64,000 bases of DNA, taken from NCBI GenBank assembly GCA_002452265.1, contig DKEW01000015.1, positions 354-64,353 of the forward strand. The letters run 5' to 3'. Below, piece by piece: positions 51,555-57,663 of the stretch. Each line of letters starts with the position of its first letter. The stretch's first letter is position 1. The notes under the pieces are model-generated. The model was not told the DNA's origin and did not search any database. It saw nothing but the letters and a program-made list of their open reading frames with translations. This DNA is from Pelobacter sp. UBA6812. GTDB taxonomy: Bacteria > Desulfobacterota > Desulfuromonadia > Desulfuromonadales > Syntrophotaleaceae. Made by a program: the position numbers and the translations under genes.

Positions 51555-54143
51555 TTAGAACAGAGGAACTTTAGCATAGAAGAACCGGTGCCCTGCGGAC
51601 TGGTTGTTCATGTCGGCAAGATCGACACTCTCGAAGTCTGAGGTGTAAACCGTGCCCCCGAAGCCCTGCCCTTTGCTCGCAACCACGGTGGTGGAGGATC
51701 CGATCTTGTCCCCGTTACCGCCAAAGGAAATGCAATTGGTCACTTTGTACGGGGCGCTCGGCAGCTCCCAGTTTTGCCCGGAACTGTAAGCGATACAACC
51801 GGTCAGCACGCTTCCGTTGGTTGTGGCATTCTCGGAGTAACCGCGGAACCGATTGCCAAGAGCGATACAACGCACCAGGGTGTGATTGCCGCCACGCAGG
51901 CCCGCATAAGGTGCCGGATCCGGCTTGCCAAGCTTGAAGCCGTTGCCATCGCCACCTGCCCCGCTGCCACTGTTTGCGGCAATGCAGTCTTCGTAATAAT
52001 GTCCGCTGGCCGCCCAGTTGTCGTACGCGTCATCGGAGTTACCGATGGCAACGCAACGGTAGAACTCATTCTTTTCACCCGAGGTGACGCTGAACCCGTC
52101 GGCACTGTCTCCTGCTGACTGGATGTCGACATTGTTGCTGGCCGTGCAGTTGTAGAATTTGGAGCGATAGAGTTCCTCTGCAGAGAAACCGGCACCGTTA
52201 TTGTCGTGCATGTAGATGTTATGCCATTGGCAATCTGTAACGTTCTCGACATAAAAACCGTTGCTGAGCCTGGTTTTATCGCTGTTGCGAACTTCGAAGT
52301 TGCGGAAAATCACCCACGACTCATTGAAGAACCGGAACAGGTTGCCGCCGGTGGTATTGGTGCCATCGATAATTGCCCACTCGCCAGGATAGGAACGCAC
52401 TTCCAGAGGCTTCGTTGCGGTGGCGGAAACGTTTCCATTGATGGTAATAGGGGAATTATAAACCCCACCACGCAGATAAATCGTATCTCCGGCATTGGCG
52501 TGGGTCATGGCATACTGGATACTTTTCCAAGGAGAAGTAACAGAGCCGCTATTATTGTCCGATCCTGAGGGGGAGACATAACGAGATACCCCACCGTAAG
52601 GAGCGGCGTGAGGATCATCACCAGCCCCTGCCGTCTTATTGTACCCATAGAAGACCGTTGAGGTGCTACTGGAGGTTCCGGAAGTGTTTGAAGAGCTGGA
52701 GGAAGTATCATCATTTTTAATGGTAACAACAGTAGAGGTAATGGATCCAAGGGTCGCAACGGTGGGGCTGCCAAGATTCACAGTGAAAGTTTCATCAGGT
52801 TCCACGATCGAATCATTCACGATTGCAATGCTCTTGACTTTCTGGGTTTCTCCGTCCGCGAAGCTCATGGTAGTCCAGGAGAAGCTTCCGTAATCCGCAT
52901 CGTAGGTGGCCGTATTGCCATTGGTGCGAATCTGGACCGTAGCCGCCCCGGAAGAACCACCGACGCGCTTGACCACCACGTCGACTTTACCGCCAGCTTC
53001 GGATACCGAATAGCTGGAGGCGCCAAACTCGAAACTGCCGGGCTCAGTGGAGGCCACAGGAATCTTCACACTCAGACTTACAGGCGCGGACTGTGAGGTG
53101 TTGCCAGCGGCGTCATAAGCGACCGCGGTAATGGTGCAGGTGCCGTTGGCGCTACTGCTGATCGGCATACTGGCGGAGTAGGTATTGGTAGTGTCAGTGC
53201 CGATAAGCTTGCCATCGACATAAAACTCCACCTTGACGACGCCCACATTGTCGCTGGCACTGGCCACGATATTTACCGTTTGGTCGCTGGTCACCGTGGT
53301 GCCGCTTAACGGACTGGTAATCTTGGCAACAGGTGCCGTGGTATCCGTCACATCGTTATCGACAATAGTCACGGTCGATTCAGTAACCGTGCCCAAAGAA
53401 GTACCGCCAGTGGGGTTACCCAGATTAACAGTGAAGGTTTCCTTGTTTTCCGTCACATTGTCGTCGGTAATGCCAATGCTGATGACTTTTTGGGTCTGAC
53501 CGTCAGCAAAGTTCACCACAGTCCAGGAAAAGCTGTCGTAGTCCGTAGCATAATCGGCAGTGATGCCATTGGTGCGCACCTCGACAGTGGCAGCGCCAGC
53601 GGATCCACCGACCCGCTGAAGCACAACATCAACCTTGCCGGCACTTTCGTCCACGGAATACGTCGAAGCTGCGAACTGGAAGCTTCCTGGTTGTGAGTCA
53701 TTATCTACAATCGTCACTGCCGAAGTGGTCACACTGCCCAGCGTCGTGCCATCGGTCGGCTTGCGCAAAAGGACGTTAAATACTTCGCTGGATTCCTTGG
53801 CCGTGTCGTCGGTGATGCCGATACTCAGAACCTTCTGGGCCTGCCCGTCGGCAAAACTGACCGTGGTCCAGCTCATGCTGTTATAATCAGTCTTCCAATC
53901 GGCAGTATCGCCCAAGGTACGTACCTGAACTGTCGCTGCACCGGAAGTGGAACCAGTCCGTTTCAAAAGGACATCAACTTTACCGGCCCCTTCGTTGACG
54001 GAATAGTTAGCGGAACCAAGCTCAAAGCTGCCGGACGCTGCGGCAACGTTCCCCGGAAAAACCATTTGCATGGTAAGTAGCAACACACAAATCAGGCCCC
54101 CTATGGAATGTTTCAGATGCGTCATAATAAATGTTTGTCTCAT
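51555..54143 (-). CDS. Secreted multidomain protein: Calx-beta x2, Ig-like (Big), Calx-beta, Ser/Thr linker, PL9-like beta-helix lyase
   Basis: Signal peptide ending VAAA; three GSF.....YSV.E...DY......FADG...K......D...E..E.F.V.L repeats; DTTAP...SDNVGV..VEFYVDG...DAAGN Ig domain; ADGF/NSDD/GNGFKLG. Start at ATG 54143 after GAGGGAG. Confidence 0.88.
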   Translation of the reverse strand: MRQTFIMTHLKHSIGGLICVLLLTMQMVFPGNVAAASGSFELGSANYSVNEGAGKVDVLLKRTGSTSGAATVQVRTLGDTADWKTDYNSMSWTTVSFADGQAQKVLSIGITDDTAKESSEVFNVLLRKPTDGTTLGSVTTSAVTIVDNDSQPGSFQFAASTYSVDESAGKVDVVLQRVGGSAGAATVEVRTNGITADYATDYDSFSWTVVNFADGQTQKVISIGITDDNVTENKETFTVNLGNPTGGTSLGTVTESTVTIVDNDVTDTTAPVAKITSPLSGTTVTSDQTVNIVASASDNVGVVKVEFYVDGKLIGTDTTNTYSASMPISSSANGTCTITAVAYDAAGNTSQSAPVSLSVKIPVASTEPGSFEFGASSYSVSEAGGKVDVVVKRVGGSSGAATVQIRTNGNTATYDADYGSFSWTTMSFADGETQKVKSIAIVNDSIVEPDETFTVNLGSPTVATLGSITSTVVTIKNDDTSSSSSNTSGTSSSTSTVFYGYNKTAGAGDDPHAAPYGGVSRYVSPSGSDNNSGSVTSPWKSIQYAMTHANAGDTIYLRGGVYNSPITINGNVSATATKPLEVRSYPGEWAIIDGTNTTGGNLFRFFNESWVIFRNFEVRNSDKTRLSNGFYVENVTDCQWHNIYMHDNNGAGFSAEELYRSKFYNCTASNNVDIQSAGDSADGFSVTSGEKNEFYRCVAIGNSDDAYDNWAASGHYYEDCIAANSGSGAGGDGNGFKLGKPDPAPYAGLRGGNHTLVRCIALGNRFRGYSENATTNGSVLTGCIAYSSGQNWELPSAPYKVTNCISFGGNGDKIGSSTTVVASKGQGFGGTVYTSDFESVDLADMNNQSAGHRFFYAKVPLF

Positions 54144-54220
54144 AAACTCCCTCTTTGTTGGTGTAATCTGGCACCGGTCTATCCGGAGCCACCAAATCCT
54201 GTATGCGCAAATCAATGCGC

Positions 54221-54260
54221 AAAAAAAAGCGCTGCATTTGGAGATCCCAAAGCAAAGCGC
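54221..54260 (-). terminator. Intrinsic terminator forming the riboswitch expression platform
   Basis: GCGCT(TT)GCTTTGG-GATCT-CCAAA(T)GCAGCGC followed by T8, between the aptamer and the start codon. Confidence 0.8.
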
Positions 54261-54306
54261 CGCACATGTACCTACTGACCTCGAGGTTTTTCCAGGTTTT
54301 GAGGAA

Positions 54307-54398
54307 TTTCGGCAACCCGGCTATCCACCTTAATTTTTGACTTCAGTGGACCCGTAGCTTTGCGTGGCCAGATCTCTCTGACTTTGCCCTGAACGAAA
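54307..54398 (-). ncRNA. c-di-GMP-I (GEMM-I) riboswitch aptamer
   Basis: TTTCG...AGG-GCAAA-GTCAGA[GAGA]TCTGGC-CACGCAAAGCTACGGGTCC...GGATAGCCGGGTTGCCGAAA. P1, the GNRA loop, the GCAAA/ACGCAAAGC core and the GCCG 3' end all match. G at the Vc2 position-20 equivalent indicates c-di-GMP rather than cGAMP. Confidence 0.93.
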
Positions 54399-54528
54399 GT
54401 TTTACCCCTAGACCATGACCATCGGCATACCCTCCTACGCAGTAGTGGTTACATTACCCATAGTAACGATGCGTCATTTGCATCGGCTATCACAATGGGT
54501 GAGCCAGTCGTTCTGCGGAACTTGTAAG

Positions 54529-54545
54529 AGCAAGCCACATGCCAA
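54529..54545 (-). promoter_or_regulatory. sigma54 (-24/-12) promoter
   Basis: TTGGCATGTGGCTTGCT: GG-N10-GC matching TGGCAY-N5-TTGCW; IHF-like site AATCGGTCACTTA at 54559-54571; predicted +1 near 54518. Confidence 0.8.
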
Positions 54546-55237
54546 GTTTTCTGTTATAAATCGGTCACTTAAAAGAGCTTTAGATAGGCTATAAGATAAT
54601 GAGAAAACTGTCGTTAAGTTGGCAAAGTTTCACGAATAGATTTCAACGACACTGAATGAATGGATAAAAAACAACATTTAAAAAGTTATGTCATGCCGGC
54701 ATGTTACTAATTGTAACCACCCAGAAAGGAAACAAGGATCAACTTCAGGAAAAACAATTTGAAAGAAAAATATCGAGAAAAGACGGTTTTTAATTTCAGT
54801 AATCAGCTTGACAAACCATGAGTTTTTACCAACTCAATGAGAAAAATGGACTTACTCGTCAAACTCTCCTGATACCTGCCCTAAATTTCCCTGTCACTTT
54901 ATGGCGACAGCAGCAAAAACATACAATTCAGCATTCTTCCATCAATACATACGTGATTTCAATATGTTACATTGATTCTTGAAATTCCAAAAGTCATTAC
55001 GTTGACCAAAGCTTCCCTGATATAGCATTTGTCGTCAGAACGTGACGCACCTGCCATAGTCACCTGAATGGTTCGCTGTCATTCTTGGACCGGTATAAAA
55101 AATGTTACAAACGCATACGGGATTTCCGCTGACCCCGCGTGGATACAATGTAATTTCAGACAGTTGGATAGAAGTTACGGTAAAAGCGGGAAAAATTTAT
55201 ATGGTGCGGTTTATCCGCCCAGGCCAGAGATACCAAC

Positions 55238-55273
55238 AAAAAATGGCTGACCGGTTAAACCGGTCAGCCATTT
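55238..55273 (-). terminator. Intrinsic terminator downstream of the mutS...apgM run
   Basis: Perfect 16-bp inverted repeat AAATGGCTGACCGGTT/AACCGGTCAGCCATTT running into T6 on the - strand. Confidence 0.75.
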
Positions 55274-55409
55274 GGCGTCATATTCCTGCAATAAAAGACT
55301 GTTATGTCTTTATGAAGAGACGGTACTACTTGCGTGAGTCGTGTAAAAATTCAAGAAAATACCTTTCGCTACCCTGACATCGCCAGTTCTGAACTGGCAA
55401 AGCACTATG

Positions 55410-56621
55410 TCAAGTCAGGGCAACCAGCAACCTGTCCATCAGTTCATGGCCATGCGCAAGAAAAATACCGCTCGATGCTGCAGCCTCCTCATCGTAGCCG
55501 GGAGCGGGCTGTTCAGAATGAAATTCCCCCTGGGAGCCATACAGGATAAACGGAACCGGCTTGGAGGTATGCGTCATGAGCGTCACAGGAGTGGGATGAT
55601 CGGGAGCGACCAGCAACCGAAAATCTCCCATGGACTGCAATCCATTGAAAACCGTGCCCACCACCAGTTCGTCAAAGGCTTCGATGGCGCGGATTTTCTC
55701 ATGCAATAAACCCGCGTGCGAAGCCTCGTCGGGAGCTTCAACGTGGACATATACATAATCGCGGGTTTGCAAAGCCTCCAGAGCGTATTCCGCCTTGCCC
55801 CGATAATTGGTATCGATAAAACCGGTGGCACCAGGAACCTCAATAACATCAAGACCGGCATAAATTCCGATCCCCTTGATAAGATCAACGGCGGAAATAA
55901 CGGCGCCACTCAGGCCGAAACGCTCCTGCATGGTCGGCATGTGCGGCGCGCGGCCCTGCCCCCATAACCATGCGGCATTGGCGGGACGTTTGCCCTCAGC
56001 CTGCCGTTGCCGGTTGACGGGATGAGTCGCCAGAATCGTACGGGCGCGCTGCATGAGATCCAGCAAACAGTCAGCCCCTTCACCACGGGGCAGCTGCCCT
56101 TGGATAGGCTGGCCGGTAATATCGTGGGGTGGCGTAAATGTCATGGTGTCGACCCCGCCACGCCAGACCAACAGGTGCCGATAAGACACACCCGGATAAA
56201 ACTGAAACCGGTCCGTTCCAAGCTCCTCCTGCAAGGTCAAAACAATGGCACGCGCCTCCTCGGTCGAAATATGTCCGGCCGAAAAGTCTTCCATGATTTC
56301 CTGGCCATCTTTCTGCCCGAGGGTCACCAGGTTGAGTCGAAAGGAAACATCCTCTGAATCAAGGGAAACCCCCATACTGGCCGCCTCAAGGGGCGACCGC
56401 CCACTATAACAGCTGGCAGGGTCGTATCCGAACACGGAAAGATTGGCGACATCGCTGCCGGGAGGAAACCCCTCGGGGATAGTCTGGGCAAGACCGACCT
56501 GCCCTTCACGGGCGAGACGATCCATATAAGGGGTATGAGCACATTGCAGTGGGGTTTTCCCCCCCAATTCGGCCATAGGCTCATCGGCCATGCCGTCTCC
56601 TAATAAAACTACATACTTCAT
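55410..56621 (-). CDS. apgM: Cofactor-independent phosphoglycerate mutase (ApgM type)
   Basis: GDGMAD, PGSDVAN, HVEAPDEASH, PDHPTP; start at ATG 56621. Confidence 0.93.
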   Translation of the reverse strand: MKYVVLLGDGMADEPMAELGGKTPLQCAHTPYMDRLAREGQVGLAQTIPEGFPPGSDVANLSVFGYDPASCYSGRSPLEAASMGVSLDSEDVSFRLNLVTLGQKDGQEIMEDFSAGHISTEEARAIVLTLQEELGTDRFQFYPGVSYRHLLVWRGGVDTMTFTPPHDITGQPIQGQLPRGEGADCLLDLMQRARTILATHPVNRQRQAEGKRPANAAWLWGQGRAPHMPTMQERFGLSGAVISAVDLIKGIGIYAGLDVIEVPGATGFIDTNYRGKAEYALEALQTRDYVYVHVEAPDEASHAGLLHEKIRAIEAFDELVVGTVFNGLQSMGDFRLLVAPDHPTPVTLMTHTSKPVPFILYGSQGEFHSEQPAPGYDEEAAASSGIFLAHGHELMDRLLVALT

Positions 56622-56678
56622 CGTATCCTCTATATCGCTATCCGGCATTCGCCACCAAATTGGCGGCGGGCCTGCACA

Positions 56679-57566
56679 TCACCCTCGCGGGTGGTGCTGT
56701 TGATGAATATTTTTAAGCCGTTCCCTTGTGACATGAGTATAAATCTGAGTTGTGGAAATATCGGCATGGCCAAGCATCGCTTGCACTGCCCGGAGATCGG
56801 CTCCATTATCCAGCAAATGGGTTGCAAAAGAATGCCGCAAAGAATGAGGCGTAATGTTTTTTGTAATGCCGGCCTGCAACGCCCGACGCTTAATCATCTT
56901 CCAGAAACCCTGTCGTGTCAACCCGTTACCTGACCTGTTTAAAAACAGAAATGGCGAGCAAGCATCCCCTGCCAATTCCCCGCGCCCATAAGACAGATAG
57001 GCCAGCAGGGCATCACGGGCGGAATCACCTAATGGCACAATACGCTGCTTGCGGCGTTTACCAAATGCTGTGACATAACCAACATCCAGTTGCAGATCCT
57101 GCGGTGTTAAACCCACCAGCTCCGACACGCGAAGCCCCGTCGCGTAAAGCAGCTCAAGCATAGCCCTGTCACGCAGGTCATAGCAACTGCCGGATCGCGG
57201 CACACTGAGAAGGAGTTCGACTTCATCTGGAGATAAGGTATGCGGCAAAGCTGCAAGGCTTTTCGGAGCCGCCACCTGCGCAGCGGGATTATTCTCGGCC
57301 AGGCCTTCGGCAAGCAGAAAACGGTGAAACATCCGTATCGAGACAAGTTTGCGTGCGCGGCTGCGCGGCGACAGGCCGCGATTCTTAAGAACGGAAAGAA
57401 AAGCAACGACGACAGGGGGTGTAATCTGTGCCGGGGAGGCTATCCCCTGGTCGCCAAGAAACTCAAGATAATGGGCCAGATCGCGTCCATACGCATCCAG
57501 GGTGTTTTTTGACAACCCTTTTTCAACCACAAGATAATTAAGAAACAGATCGAGATATTGATCCAT
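56679..57566 (-). CDS. xerD: Site-specific tyrosine recombinase XerD
   Basis: RDRAMLELLYATGLRVSE, TRQGFWK, HSLRHSFATH, LGH..ISTTQIYT, HPR; start at ATG 57566. Confidence 0.95.
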   Translation of the reverse strand: MDQYLDLFLNYLVVEKGLSKNTLDAYGRDLAHYLEFLGDQGIASPAQITPPVVVAFLSVLKNRGLSPRSRARKLVSIRMFHRFLLAEGLAENNPAAQVAAPKSLAALPHTLSPDEVELLLSVPRSGSCYDLRDRAMLELLYATGLRVSELVGLTPQDLQLDVGYVTAFGKRRKQRIVPLGDSARDALLAYLSYGRGELAGDACSPFLFLNRSGNGLTRQGFWKMIKRRALQAGITKNITPHSLRHSFATHLLDNGADLRAVQAMLGHADISTTQIYTHVTRERLKNIHQQHHPRG

Positions 57567-57663
57567 AAGTACCTGCAATGTCGGCATATAATCCGATGTG
57601 CTTCCTACTTCAGAAAATCCAACGGTCATGTGAACCCTGGCGACAGCCTTGCCCTAAGCGGTC

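Larger units (their letters stand above)
49892..52655. repeat. Direct duplication of 1101 bp (49892-50992 and 51555-52655), no net indel
   Basis: Offset of 1663 bp at both ends; 63 of 366 residues differ (hand count). Confidence 0.95.

Noticed and set aside
49892-52655. Diversity-generating retroelement (template/variable repeat pair)
   Set aside because: The repeat is 1.1 kb, both copies are coding, and differences look mostly synonymous rather than adenine-specific. No reverse transcriptase is present in the window.
25369-54143. PEP-CTERM/exosortase system
   Set aside because: No exosortase gene and no VPEP-TM-basic tail in any protein in the window.
54307-54398. cGAMP-selective GEMM-Ib riboswitch as found in Geobacter
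   Set aside because: The discriminating nucleotide before P2 is G (AGG-GC-AAA, as in Vc2), not A.
55068-55549. Short + strand ORFs in the gap between the EPS leader and apgM
   Set aside because: They overlap each other and terminator hairpins, and show no recognisable motifs.
56679-57566. Integrase of an EPS genomic island
   Set aside because: Sequence is typical chromosomal XerD inside a housekeeping run. No att-like direct repeats or tRNA were seen at the locus borders.
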